A stretch of 64,000 nucleotides of DNA from Bacteroidia bacterium (GTDB taxonomy: Bacteria > Bacteroidota > Bacteroidia > NS11-12g > UBA9320): contig CBDCFW010000003.1 of the NCBI GenBank assembly GCA_965216465.1, positions 96,001 to 160,000 of the forward strand, written 5' to 3'. A program made the translations under genes and the position numbers. Positions 10,089-19,923 of this stretch are shown piece after piece. The notes under the pieces were generated by a model that was not told the origin of the DNA, did not search any database, and saw nothing but the letters and a program-made list of their open reading frames with translations. The stretch's first letter is position 1; every line of letters starts with the position of its first letter.

Positions 10089-11327
10089 TTGTACATAATG
10101 AATAAAAGGAAAATACTACATCTATTACTTTGTCTACCACTAGGAGTACTTGCAACGGAGAACGACTCTCTGAAGGTCAAGGATTTGCAGGCTAGTGCAA
10201 GGCCTATTGCGACCAGCATCAGTACCTCAGAAACACCAAATCTTGTTGGTGATGTCGAAGCTACCCGATATTCATTTGAAATTGTTGAATTTGATTCCAA
10301 TCAAATTCCATTGACTGAAGCACAGTACTTAGAGCAAGTTGGTACCTTAGAATTTGAGGTTCCAATGGATTACAATCGCTATGTTAAGCGTCAAATCAAT
10401 TATTTTGGCACCCGTTGGCAAGAAAAACTAAAAACAGTAGTTTCTAGATCAGAGTATTACTTTCCTATATATGAAGAAATTCTTGATCAGCATAACATGC
10501 CGCTTGAGCTCAAATACTTGTCAATAATTGAATCAGGGCTTAATCCTTTTGCTCGTTCAAGATCTGGAGCTGTTGGTCCATGGCAGTTTATGCCAGCAAC
10601 AGGTAGAATATTTCATTTAGACAATAATTACAAAATTGATGAAAGACGTTCAATAGAGAAAAGTACCAATGCAGCCTGTGAATATTTAAAGCAGATGTAT
10701 GCCATGTTTGGAGATTGGCACGTAGCGTTGGCATCGTATAATTGCGGTCCAGGTAACGTGAGAAAAGCAATAAGACGCTCTGGTCGTAAGGATTTCTGGG
10801 GAATGTATCACTATCTGCCAAGAGAAACTCAGAATTATGTGCCTAAATTCATTGCGATGGCTTATATCATGAATTTCTACGACACCTATGGTATTACTCC
10901 AGCTCCTATAAATGATTATCAGTACTGCGTTGAGCAAGTTTATTGCAAAGAAGGAATTGAATTTTCAGTTGTTGCAGAACAATTGGGCATGACTTCAAAA
11001 GATCTTTTACTCTTCAATCCTGAACTAAAAATTGCTCATATCCCTTTTGAAAATGGAGGTTATATGCTCACAGTACCCGCTGATAAAGCAATGCTTTACT
11101 ACAATAATCAAAGTGAAATAATATCTTTGTCTGTAATAGCTGCTGAAGAAAGAAAGCGAGAGGAAGCTTTAAGACCGAAGGTAGTGTACCACACCGTTAA
11201 GAAAGGGGAGTGTTTGCCAATTATAGCTAGAAAGCATGGCTGTACAGTATCTCAGCTTAAATCTTGGAATGGGATAAGAGGTAGCTTAATTTACCCCAAC
11301 CAGAAGATTAAAATTATTAAGAGCTGA
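10089..11327 (+). CDS. Lytic murein transglycosylase MltD-like (SLT + LysM)
   Basis: IIESGLNP, GPWQFM, ASYNCGPG, ETQNYVPK; C-terminal LysM HTVKKGE. Confidence 0.9.
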   Translation: MYIMNKRKILHLLLCLPLGVLATENDSLKVKDLQASARPIATSISTSETPNLVGDVEATRYSFEIVEFDSNQIPLTEAQYLEQVGTLEFEVPMDYNRYVKRQINYFGTRWQEKLKTVVSRSEYYFPIYEEILDQHNMPLELKYLSIIESGLNPFARSRSGAVGPWQFMPATGRIFHLDNNYKIDERRSIEKSTNAACEYLKQMYAMFGDWHVALASYNCGPGNVRKAIRRSGRKDFWGMYHYLPRETQNYVPKFIAMAYIMNFYDTYGITPAPINDYQYCVEQVYCKEGIEFSVVAEQLGMTSKDLLLFNPELKIAHIPFENGGYMLTVPADKAMLYYNNQSEIISLSVIAAEERKREEALRPKVVYHTVKKGECLPIIARKHGCTVSQLKSWNGIRGSLIYPNQKIKIIKS

Positions 11328-11329
11328 AA

Positions 11330-12394
11330 TTGAAAATATTTGCGAAAACCTTATTACTAGTAGTCTTATTTGGTGCTTGTAAAGAGACCAATAAGTCAAG
11401 AGAAGAACTTCTACCAGCATCATCAGGAGTCTTAGGAGAATTGGTGGTGATATCAGATTTAAAAAGCTTAGATAGTTCGTATAAACAGCTCATTAAGAGT
11501 GTTTTCGGAACTAAATTGGCAGGATTTCCACCTCCTGGAGAATCATCATTTAAAGTTTTATTTACCGACGAAACCTATTTCAAAGGTTACTTTAAAGAGC
11601 ACCACAATGTTTTTGTGCTTCTTACCAATGAGAACCTCAATCGTATGGTAGAAACCTATGGAGAATCTAACAAAGCCAAGGTTAAAGATATTATCGCTAA
11701 AGAAGAAGCCTTGGGTTGGAAACAGAAAAACTTATGGGCTCGAAAACAAAATGTATTTTACATTACAGCGGGCTCAAAAGAAGCTATGAAGGAAAAGCTT
11801 GTTAATCGTAAGCAGGATATTTTAGATATAGCTTTCGAACATGAAATTCAGACTGGAACGAAAAAAATATATAAAAAGGCGGCTAGCTCAGATTCCTTTT
11901 ACAACCAAACTTTAAGAAGCAAAGGATATGCGGTTAGAAAACCTTCTGATTATCGTGTTGCTATTGACAAAGAAAACTTTACTTGGCTTAGAAAATCACC
12001 TGCAAGTAGAGAGCAAGAATTTGGTGTTTTGTTGTTCGATGTGCCGTATACTTCTGAAGATCAGCTAGAAACAGAAAATATCATTGCGATCCGAAACAGT
12101 TTTACAAAAGAGCACATTCCTGGAGAATACGAAGGGTCATATATGAAATATAGTGAACAATTTGCCCCAGAACGAAGAGATGTCAGTTTCAAAAAGCGAT
12201 TCTGTGCAGACATTCGAGGTTGGTGGGATATGGAAGTTGATTTTATGGGAGGACCATCCATTATCAAGGCAGTTGTAGATGAGAAAAGCAAGCGAATCAT
12301 ATTCGCTGAAGGATTTCTTTTTTATCCAAACGAGAAGAAATCTATTCCGATGCGTGAGCTTGATCTAATTCTTAATTCGCTAACGATTCAATAA
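11330..12394 (+). CDS. DUF4837-family lipoprotein
   Basis: Lipobox FGAC, RGWW..DFMGGP motif; typical position after mltD. Confidence 0.75.
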   Translation: MKIFAKTLLLVVLFGACKETNKSREELLPASSGVLGELVVISDLKSLDSSYKQLIKSVFGTKLAGFPPPGESSFKVLFTDETYFKGYFKEHHNVFVLLTNENLNRMVETYGESNKAKVKDIIAKEEALGWKQKNLWARKQNVFYITAGSKEAMKEKLVNRKQDILDIAFEHEIQTGTKKIYKKAASSDSFYNQTLRSKGYAVRKPSDYRVAIDKENFTWLRKSPASREQEFGVLLFDVPYTSEDQLETENIIAIRNSFTKEHIPGEYEGSYMKYSEQFAPERRDVSFKKRFCADIRGWWDMEVDFMGGPSIIKAVVDEKSKRIIFAEGFLFYPNEKKSIPMRELDLILNSLTIQ

Positions 12395-12969
12395 TGATTA
12401 ACGTTGAAATTTGGGCATCAGGAACAGGAACCAATGCCGATGCGATATTCAAGCACTTTGCAAATCATGAAACAATAAATATTAGCTCTCTAGGGTGCAA
12501 TCGCAAGGCAGCACTTGCTTTTGAGGTTGCCAAACGGCACGGTAAACCAAGCTATTATTTTCACAAAGACGAATGGAATGCTGATGCTATCTTAAACGGT
12601 CTTTCTGAGAGAAACATTCACTTTATCGTGTTAGCTGGCTTTCTTAAACTCGTGCCTCACGAGGTTACCCAAGCGTTTCAAGGCAGAATTGTAAATGTAC
12701 ATCCCAGCTTGTTGCCTAAATATGGTGGAAAGGATTTTTATGGAGAGCACGTGCATAAAGCAGTCTTGGCGAATAAAGAATCGTATTCAGGAATCACCAT
12801 TCATGAAGTAAATGAAGAGTTTGACAAAGGAAAGATGTTAGCTCAGTTTTCTACCAAACTTTCAGATAATGAGACGTTAGATGGCATAAAATCTAAAATT
12901 CATCAACTCGAGCAAGCGAACTTTGCTCCAACTATAGAGGCCTGGATTAAATCGAAAGCTACTCAATAA
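12394..12969 (+). CDS. purN: Phosphoribosylglycinamide formyltransferase
   Basis: ASGTGTN, LAGFL, NVHPSLLPKYGG, GITIH.V.EEFDKG. Confidence 0.92.
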   Translation: MINVEIWASGTGTNADAIFKHFANHETINISSLGCNRKAALAFEVAKRHGKPSYYFHKDEWNADAILNGLSERNIHFIVLAGFLKLVPHEVTQAFQGRIVNVHPSLLPKYGGKDFYGEHVHKAVLANKESYSGITIHEVNEEFDKGKMLAQFSTKLSDNETLDGIKSKIHQLEQANFAPTIEAWIKSKATQ

Positions 12970-14869
12970 TTTTAAACTCCGTTCTACGGTTTTTAGCTCT
13001 TCCTTTCTTGGAATCATTTGAAGCGATAGGGTAGGTATCCCCATATCCCGCATATTTTAGCCTCGATTCATCGATGCCTTCATTAATTAGATAGTCATAA
13101 ACTGCCTTAGCCCTATTCTCAGACAGCTTTTGATTGTGATCTGAGCTACCAATATTATCTGTATGTCCGCTGATTTCAATTGATACCGCAGCATTGTTGG
13201 TTAAGAACACAAACAGTCTGTTGAGCTCTGTTTCACTTTCTGGATTTAGATCGTACTTGTCGGTATCGAAGAAAAGATTCTTCATTACGATTCCTTTTCC
13301 TATTTCTACAGGATGAAGATCAATAATTAATTCAAAAGGCTTATCAGTGGCCACATTGGGCATATCAAAATGCTCCGAATGAAAGAGATAACCTGGCTTT
13401 TCGATATTTAGTCCGTATTGTTTATTGGCTGCCAATGCCACGAGGAATTGGCCAGTTTTTGCAGGAGCTAAAACTCGTGTTTGGTCTCCACCTTCAATAG
13501 GTGTTAGAGTAACGGCTGCACTTAATAGTTTCTTTGTCTTGGCATCTCGAATTGTACCTCTAACATAGCTTACGCGTTGAGCTTGCTTGTCTTCAGGTAA
13601 TTGAAAAGAGTACAGATCCATTCCGCCTCTTCCATCGTTGTTTTTATCGGAGCTGTAGTAAGCAGTTTTACCATCGCGAGCAACAATCAGGTTCCAATCT
13701 TCTCCAAATGTATTAATCGGGTAACCCAGATTTACAGGGTGTCCCCAAGAGTTATCTGGTTTACGGTGGGTAACAAATAAATCGCTTTTACCTAGCCCTG
13801 GGTGGCCTTCAGAACTGAAATAAAGCGTTACACCATCTGAGTGTATAAACGGAAATTGTTCGTCTCCTGAAGTATTAATCGTAGGTCCAAGGTTAACAGG
13901 TTCTTCCCATCCTTTGTCTCCAAATCGAGCAACCCATATGTCTGTACCTCCGTATCCACCAGAACGGTCACTAGTAAAGTAGAGTTCTTTACCATTTGAG
14001 GAGATTGATGGTTGAGATTCCCAGCTTTTAGAATTGACGGGCATGCCCAAATTCTTTGGTTCAGTCCATCTACCATTCTTATTCATGGTTAACCAAATAT
14101 CACACTGGCCAATGCCTCCCGACCTGCTGCATGACGTAAAAAAGATATACTGACCGTCAGACGAAACGCTAAAAGCACCCTCATTCTCAACAGTATTGAT
14201 TGGGGAACCGATGTTTTGTGCTTTGCTCCATTCTCCATTTTTTTTGGTCGAAAAATAGATATCTTCATTCTGAACACTAGGATCTCTGAACGTAAAGAAA
14301 ATGGTCGATTCGTCAATCGTTAACGCAGGCGAGTACTGTTCTAAGTTTGAGTTGATATTGTCTCCAAGGTTAATTGGGGTAATATCTACAGGATTTTGAA
14401 GTGCATATTCTGTAAAATCCAGATTATTCAATCGGCGTCTAATTCGATCCGTGTTTTCATCTTTGGCCCCAGAATTTGCTTTTAAAAAATAGTTGTAGAA
14501 ATGACGAGCCGAGTCTATTTGCTTGTTGCGGTGATAAAGACCTCCGAGTTCATACAGTGCATAGTAGTGATTTTGATCAAGCATCAAAATAGATCGATAA
14601 CGTTGAATAGCTAACTTATCTTTCTTCTGAGTCTGGTAGAGCTTAGCTAAACCGTCGTGAGCATCAATAAATCCAGGATATTTTTTTATCAGTTGGAGAT
14701 AAATCTTTTCAGCTTCTTCAAAGTTTCTGTACAAATAAGCATCGTAAGCCTCATTAAACTTTACAATAGCTTTTTTTGGTACAGATACTTGGGCTAGACT
14801 TTGTAGCGAAACGACCAAAAGCAGCCCCACCATGATTATTTTATTATTTCTCATTAATCGATTTATCAT
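12959..14869 (-). CDS. PorE-like TPR-PD40-OmpA family protein
   Basis: TPRs, PD40 repeats (YFTSDRSGGYGGTDIW), OmpA_C (GHTDNIG, LSENRA, NRRTEF). Confidence 0.9.
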   Translation of the reverse strand: MINRLMRNNKIIMVGLLLVVSLQSLAQVSVPKKAIVKFNEAYDAYLYRNFEEAEKIYLQLIKKYPGFIDAHDGLAKLYQTQKKDKLAIQRYRSILMLDQNHYYALYELGGLYHRNKQIDSARHFYNYFLKANSGAKDENTDRIRRRLNNLDFTEYALQNPVDITPINLGDNINSNLEQYSPALTIDESTIFFTFRDPSVQNEDIYFSTKKNGEWSKAQNIGSPINTVENEGAFSVSSDGQYIFFTSCSRSGGIGQCDIWLTMNKNGRWTEPKNLGMPVNSKSWESQPSISSNGKELYFTSDRSGGYGGTDIWVARFGDKGWEEPVNLGPTINTSGDEQFPFIHSDGVTLYFSSEGHPGLGKSDLFVTHRKPDNSWGHPVNLGYPINTFGEDWNLIVARDGKTAYYSSDKNNDGRGGMDLYSFQLPEDKQAQRVSYVRGTIRDAKTKKLLSAAVTLTPIEGGDQTRVLAPAKTGQFLVALAANKQYGLNIEKPGYLFHSEHFDMPNVATDKPFELIIDLHPVEIGKGIVMKNLFFDTDKYDLNPESETELNRLFVFLTNNAAVSIEISGHTDNIGSSDHNQKLSENRAKAVYDYLINEGIDESRLKYAGYGDTYPIASNDSKKGRAKNRRTEFKIIE

Positions 14870-15350
14870 ACTCCAATACTTTTAAATCAAAAATTTTGCC
14901 ATTTTCTAAATTGAATCGCATCATAGTTCTTTTTTTATGAAAGCCTTTGTTTCCAATAGCTCCAGGGTTGAGGTGAAGAAGGTTTAATGCTTTGTCCTTC
15001 ACCACCTTACAAATGTGAGAGTGTCCACTAATAAAGAGATCGGGTCTAATTTTTAGCAATTTTTCTTTAATCCCTTTTTCATATTTACCCGGATAACCTC
15101 CAATATGTGTCATAAATATGGTCATCCCTTCGAGTTCAAAATGAATTTCTTTAGGGAACTGCTTTCTTACAACGATGCCATCAATATTTCCGTATACTCC
15201 ACGCAAGATTCCAATATTCTTGAGCTTCACATCGATTTCGTTATGTCCCCAATCGCCCGCGTGCCAAATCTCATCGCATTCGTTGGCATGTTTTGCCATT
15301 TCTTCACCAAAATAGCCATGAGTATCAGATAATAACAGAATTTTTTTGAT
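14844..15350 (-). CDS. YfcE-like metallophosphoesterase; probable ATC start
   Basis: Frame extends upstream of ATG 15299 to (I)KKILLLSDTHG; HAGD, GNID, SGHSH, NPG motifs. Confidence 0.85.
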   Translation of the reverse strand: MKKILLLSDTHGYFGEEMAKHANECDEIWHAGDWGHNEIDVKLKNIGILRGVYGNIDGIVVRKQFPKEIHFELEGMTIFMTHIGGYPGKYEKGIKEKLLKIRPDLFISGHSHICKVVKDKALNLLHLNPGAIGNKGFHKKRTMMRFNLENGKIFDLKVLEYDKSINEK

Positions 15351-15390
15351 GGTGTAAAAATAGATTAAAGCCTATTATTTTGGGATTTAT

Positions 15391-16023
15391 GTGCGAAATT
15401 TGTTCTCAATGAGTATTACGGTATTACTGCTGATATCGATTGGCTTAGTGAGCTATTTGTGTTTTAGTAATGAAAAGTTGTTTAATCAACTGTTATTTAG
15501 TCCCTATGTGATTATTCGTGAGAAGGAGTGGTTTAGGTTCATAACCGGTGCTTGGGTACACTCTGGACTCTGGCATTTGGCCATAAACCTCTTTGTACTT
15601 TACATGTTTGGAGAAACCATTGAGTACTATATGGTGCATTGGTTTGGAAACATAGGACGCTTTTACTTTCTCGTGCTCTTTTTAGCTTCCGTAATTATTG
15701 CTCATATACCGACCTATTTTAAAGAGAAAGACAACTATTACTACGCGTCGGTTGGAGCTTCTGGTGGTGTTTCAGGAGTATTGTTTGCAAGCATACTTTT
15801 AGACCCCCTTAGGTTATTGGATATCTTTGGACTCATTCCTATCCCGGGAATTGTATTTGGAGTGATCTACCTGATTTATTCGAACCGCATGGCCCAACAA
15901 TCAAGAGATAATATAAACCACGACGCTCATTTTTATGGTGCGATAGGAGGGATGCTGGTTCTAATAATAATGCAACCAAAGACCATTACTAATTTCTTAG
16001 AGCAGATAACGTCTGTATTTTAG
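15391..16023 (+). CDS. Rhomboid family intramembrane serine protease
   Basis: WFR, H..LWHL..N, GASGG, H.AHFYGA. Confidence 0.92.
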   Translation: MRNLFSMSITVLLLISIGLVSYLCFSNEKLFNQLLFSPYVIIREKEWFRFITGAWVHSGLWHLAINLFVLYMFGETIEYYMVHWFGNIGRFYFLVLFLASVIIAHIPTYFKEKDNYYYASVGASGGVSGVLFASILLDPLRLLDIFGLIPIPGIVFGVIYLIYSNRMAQQSRDNINHDAHFYGAIGGMLVLIIMQPKTITNFLEQITSVF

Positions 16024-16030
16024 CTAAATT

Positions 16031-16903
16031 TTATAAAGTCTGAATTCCTGAAATTTCATCGATTTCTGATGAAAGGTCTTCAGAATTTCGTATAACTTCT
16101 TCATACTCCGAATATTTTCTGACCATGATGATGGCAAGAATTGCTGCTATGAAATCTAAAGGAGTAATATAGAATTCAGCCATATTCGCTTCGATTATAC
16201 TCTCCATATCTTCAGCCTCACGATAAACGCGCGATACAACATTTGATACAATGTTGTTTATGAGGTAAAAAGCCCACCACCAGCCTACTATAGACCTTAG
16301 GTTGCTCGATTGTTCTTTTACATATTCTGTGGTGGTATTCCACATTTCACGCATAATGTTAAAAGGCTGAACCAAGTTTACAAAAGGAATGAACCAGCAC
16401 CAAACTGCTTGCGTTTCCTTAAAGCTCAGATGATTGAATTTTAGATGAAGGTTGAAATATGCACGTCTGAACCAACGAATAAACATTACCGCAGCTAGCA
16501 CTCTTGCTGCCAAATAACCAATACCACCGGCTAAAAGAAAAAAGTCAACGACTGCAATCCGTGAATCGGAGGCAATATGGCCTTCTAAAACGTCATTATA
16601 CAATGAGTTCTCCATCGACATTGCAATTCCATTAACAATATCAAAGAAAAGCACTAAGCCCAAGCTAATAATAACCCATTTAGACCGTTGCAGGTTCGGT
16701 CGATACTTATTTCCCGATTTAAAAGAGATTTTTGAGTTCAGCTTATTATAGGCTGATGATGACTTGGTTGCGGGGACAAAATCAGGGCAACTATCTTCGA
16801 ATGCGGGCTTTTCGTCAGTTAAAGAGCACACGACTCCCTTTTCATAATCTACTCTTCGATTTTCACAGGTTTTACAAATTGCTAATTTCTCTTCTAAGGT
16901 CAT
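16031..16903 (-). CDS. DUF4328-like membrane protein with N-terminal Cys4 motif (paralog A)
   Basis: WFRRAYFNL, WFIPFVNL..P, WWW; N-terminal CKTC..C..C. Confidence 0.75.
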   Translation of the reverse strand: MTLEEKLAICKTCENRRVDYEKGVVCSLTDEKPAFEDSCPDFVPATKSSSAYNKLNSKISFKSGNKYRPNLQRSKWVIISLGLVLFFDIVNGIAMSMENSLYNDVLEGHIASDSRIAVVDFFLLAGGIGYLAARVLAAVMFIRWFRRAYFNLHLKFNHLSFKETQAVWCWFIPFVNLVQPFNIMREMWNTTTEYVKEQSSNLRSIVGWWWAFYLINNIVSNVVSRVYREAEDMESIIEANMAEFYITPLDFIAAILAIIMVRKYSEYEEVIRNSEDLSSEIDEISGIQTL

Positions 16904-16905
16904 GT

Positions 16906-17781
16906 TTATTCTGTTTCTATTCCAATTAAATCAATTTCAGTTTCGAGTCCATTTGAAGTTCTAACTGTTTCTTCCATTCTGCTGTAACGCTTAACCATGA
17001 TAATTACGAGTATGTACGAAATTACGGTCATCACCATTTTAACATATGATATGTATCTTAAGTATTCTAAACCCAATCCCATAGATACTCCGGTTAAATT
17101 AACTGTGAGGTTACTTAACACAAAAGTTAGCCACCAAAAACCAACCAAGTTGTGGTGGTATGAATCGAATTTGGCATGATCTTCACCCACAAGCAGGCTT
17201 TTAGTCTTAATCCACATCTCACGCATAATTGCGTATGGCCAGTAGAAATTAGCTAATGGCACAAACCAACACCAAGCGGCTCGAAGGTCTGTGTATTGAA
17301 GATCAGAAAAACGAAGATGCAGGTTGAAATATGCTCTTCTAAACCAGTTTATAAAGACAACTATCAGAGCAATAAAGGTAACCCCTATCAGAAGTGCGTT
17401 AATTTGAATTAGACTTTCAAGAAGCTCATATTTGGTACCAACAGCTCCATAATAGTAGCCGCTCTCAAAGGTTTTCTGGCGTTCTATAATAAAAAAGTAA
17501 CCGAGAATCCAACCACTGATTTGAAGCACACCAAGAGTGATTAAAGCTGCAAGAGCATATCTCGCACGCTGTTTATTTGGTCGATAAATACTGTTTCTAC
17601 CCAATGCTTGATTTTTTACTCCAATGGGGTAAGATCGCGATTGAGGAATCTCAATATAATCTGGACAATTCTGTTCAAAAGTGGGGGGGTCACCGGTAAG
17701 TTCGCAGACTACTCCTTTTTCGTAGTCTACTTTTCTGTTTTCACATGTCTTGCAAATTAGGAGCCTTTCTTCTAGAGTCAT
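16906..17781 (-). CDS. DUF4328-like membrane protein with N-terminal Cys4 motif (paralog B)
   Basis: WFRRAYFNL, WFVPLANF..P; N-terminus nearly identical to neighbour. Confidence 0.75.
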   Translation of the reverse strand: MTLEERLLICKTCENRKVDYEKGVVCELTGDPPTFEQNCPDYIEIPQSRSYPIGVKNQALGRNSIYRPNKQRARYALAALITLGVLQISGWILGYFFIIERQKTFESGYYYGAVGTKYELLESLIQINALLIGVTFIALIVVFINWFRRAYFNLHLRFSDLQYTDLRAAWCWFVPLANFYWPYAIMREMWIKTKSLLVGEDHAKFDSYHHNLVGFWWLTFVLSNLTVNLTGVSMGLGLEYLRYISYVKMVMTVISYILVIIMVKRYSRMEETVRTSNGLETEIDLIGIETE

Positions 17782-17813
17782 TAAGTATTAATAATCATCC
17801 AATTATAGGATAA

Positions 17814-18725
17814 TTATTTTGAATTCACATACTCAAAATCATGAACCCCATCTATGTTTAATTCGATTTGGCCATTATCCAGTGATTTGTAATTGGGCAC
17901 AAACCTTGCATTCCATTCAATCTCATCAGCAGTGTATGAAAACCGTATTGGAATAGTCTGGCTAAACGTTTCATCGAAGCCCTTAATCATAATCAGAATC
18001 TCAACCTTCTTATCTTTAAAATCTTGTCGTGTAAGTGCATGTAACGGACTGTCTTCATCGATGTGATGCACTAGCGTCCAGCTCAAAGGAAAAAAATGAA
18101 TTGAACTGGTTTCTAGCTTAAGATTGAAGTATCTTCTAAACACTTTTTCGCCTTCATCCATATCGACCGCAAGCATAACTCTTGCTTCCATCTCCATAAG
18201 CACATTTGGACGTCTGTTTACTGCTCTAAACATTAAAGAATTGCCATCCTTATGAGGACATATTAAGGCGTTGTTGCTAAATAAGATTCGGGCAGTAGGT
18301 TTGCTAAATCTACGATAAACGAGACCCGTTGCAATGGCAAAGAACATCCAACCCATCATGGCTTCCATGCCAGAAACAAAATTGGTCATGGGGTCACTCG
18401 GATATAAGCTACCAAAACCTACTGTTGTAAACGTTTGAAGACTGAAATAAAATGCCTTCTCAAACGGAGCAAAACTATAATTTCCGACAAAGGATATATG
18501 CTCAACACCTAATACCAGATAGGTTATTGCAAATACTAGGTTTGAAAGGAGGTAGAAGAGGGTAAGAATTACTGCAAATCGGGTAGATGACATCTGAATC
18601 ATAGTTTGAAACCACTGATTACGAACGCCTTTGCGTGTAATATTAAAGCTACCATCTTTGTTGATGATGCGCTTTGTATTGTGGGCATACTTCTGTCCGA
18701 AGCCGGGGTCAAACTGATGTATCAT
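17814..18725 (-). CDS. Inward-rectifier K+ channel (KirBac/IRK family)
   Basis: FFSLQTFTTVGFG-like selectivity filter, RFSKP, FPLSWTLVHHIDEDSPL; ATG 18725 preferred because TTG 18743 lies in a terminator U-tract. Confidence 0.9.
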   Translation of the reverse strand: MIHQFDPGFGQKYAHNTKRIINKDGSFNITRKGVRNQWFQTMIQMSSTRFAVILTLFYLLSNLVFAITYLVLGVEHISFVGNYSFAPFEKAFYFSLQTFTTVGFGSLYPSDPMTNFVSGMEAMMGWMFFAIATGLVYRRFSKPTARILFSNNALICPHKDGNSLMFRAVNRRPNVLMEMEARVMLAVDMDEGEKVFRRYFNLKLETSSIHFFPLSWTLVHHIDEDSPLHALTRQDFKDKKVEILIMIKGFDETFSQTIPIRFSYTADEIEWNARFVPNYKSLDNGQIELNIDGVHDFEYVNSK

Positions 18726-18741
18726 GATCGAGTTGCTATAC

Positions 18742-18773
18742 AAAAAAAGGGCTATTTTGTTAAAATAACCCTT
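18742..18773 (-). terminator. Rho-independent terminator after DUF3127 gene
   Basis: Minus strand AAGGGTTATTTT-AAC-AAAATAGCCCTT followed by a T-run. Confidence 0.7.
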
Positions 18774-18807
18774 AATTCTAAATGTATTTTAATTAATAAT
18801 TTTCAGA

Positions 18808-19176
18808 TTAAAATGGAAGTTCGTCATCTTCCTCTGAGAAGCTCATGCCCACCACATCTTCGTTTGCATTTGCTGGGGCAGCTGGTTGAGCTGCTTGCTG
18901 GCTCATTGATTCAATTCTCCACGCTTTAATATCGGTATACCATCTTGAGTTGTATTCTCTAGACTCAATATTTACCGAAACACGCATCATATCGCCTGTA
19001 TTGTAATTCGCTAATTCATCTGCTTTTTCATTCCAGCATCCGATACAAATCTTCTTAGGATATTGTTCTGTAGTTTCAATTACAAATTCTTGCTTCTTCC
19101 AAGCTCCTCTAGTGCTAACGCCTTCTTGTGGTGCCAACAACTGAACCAATTTTCCTTCTAATACTATGTTCTCCAT
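18808..19176 (-). CDS. DUF3127-family OB-fold (SSB-like) protein
   Basis: WKKQEFVIET.EQYPKKI, SREYN.RWYTD..AW, acidic tail DDELPF. Confidence 0.88.
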   Translation of the reverse strand: MENIVLEGKLVQLLAPQEGVSTRGAWKKQEFVIETTEQYPKKICIGCWNEKADELANYNTGDMMRVSVNIESREYNSRWYTDIKAWRIESMSQQAAQPAAPANANEDVVGMSFSEEDDELPF

Positions 19177-19254
19177 TTTCTTGCTGCAAGCTTACACTTA
19201 ATAGGTGTGAATTCTAATTTGTTTGGCAAATATTTTTAAACAATTTTTGGAGCC

Positions 19255-19923
19255 GTGGACGCACTAATCGCTTTTCTCGTAGCCGCATGGATAAGTTTCA
19301 TTGGCTCGATACTTCTTGGCCTTGTTAATGTAGCTGTAATTGAGACGGCGATTCGAAAAGGAGCTAAACATGCAACCTGGCTGGCAATAGGAGGGGTGCT
19401 TCCTGAAATTCCTTATACTTTATTGGCAATATACGGCACGAGTTACGTCGATAGACTAAAAGAGCATCAAACTATAATTGGAATTTTTATAGGCTTTGTT
19501 TTTATAGGCCTGGGTGCTTTTTATATCTTAAAAAAGATCAAAAGTAACCTCCATAACGAAGGATTAGAAAACCAGACTTCGATCAAAAGAAGCTTCTTTA
19601 AAGGTTTGTTTTTAGCATTTGCCAACCCACAATTAATCTTTTTCTGGTCTGGTATTTTGTTGCTATTACATACCGGTTCGTTGAACTTTATAGCAAGCAA
19701 ACCTGCGCTCATTGATTTTACAGCCAATTCTTGGATATCACCCAACATTGCTTTTGCACTTGGAGCAGCCATAGGTGCACTTGGAATCCTGTTAATTTAT
19801 GTACAACTAGCACATAAATACAGAGAGAAATTACTGGACATTATTGGCGATAGATTGAGTAAGGTGGTAGGAGCAATTTTTATTGTTCTTGGATTATTTG
19901 TAATCTTGAAAAATGTCATTTAA
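19255..19923 (+). CDS. LysE-family translocator
   Basis: Hydrophobic; G.VNVAVI, F.KG..L...NPQ...FW. Confidence 0.8.
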   Translation: MDALIAFLVAAWISFIGSILLGLVNVAVIETAIRKGAKHATWLAIGGVLPEIPYTLLAIYGTSYVDRLKEHQTIIGIFIGFVFIGLGAFYILKKIKSNLHNEGLENQTSIKRSFFKGLFLAFANPQLIFFWSGILLLLHTGSLNFIASKPALIDFTANSWISPNIAFALGAAIGALGILLIYVQLAHKYREKLLDIIGDRLSKVVGAIFIVLGLFVILKNVI

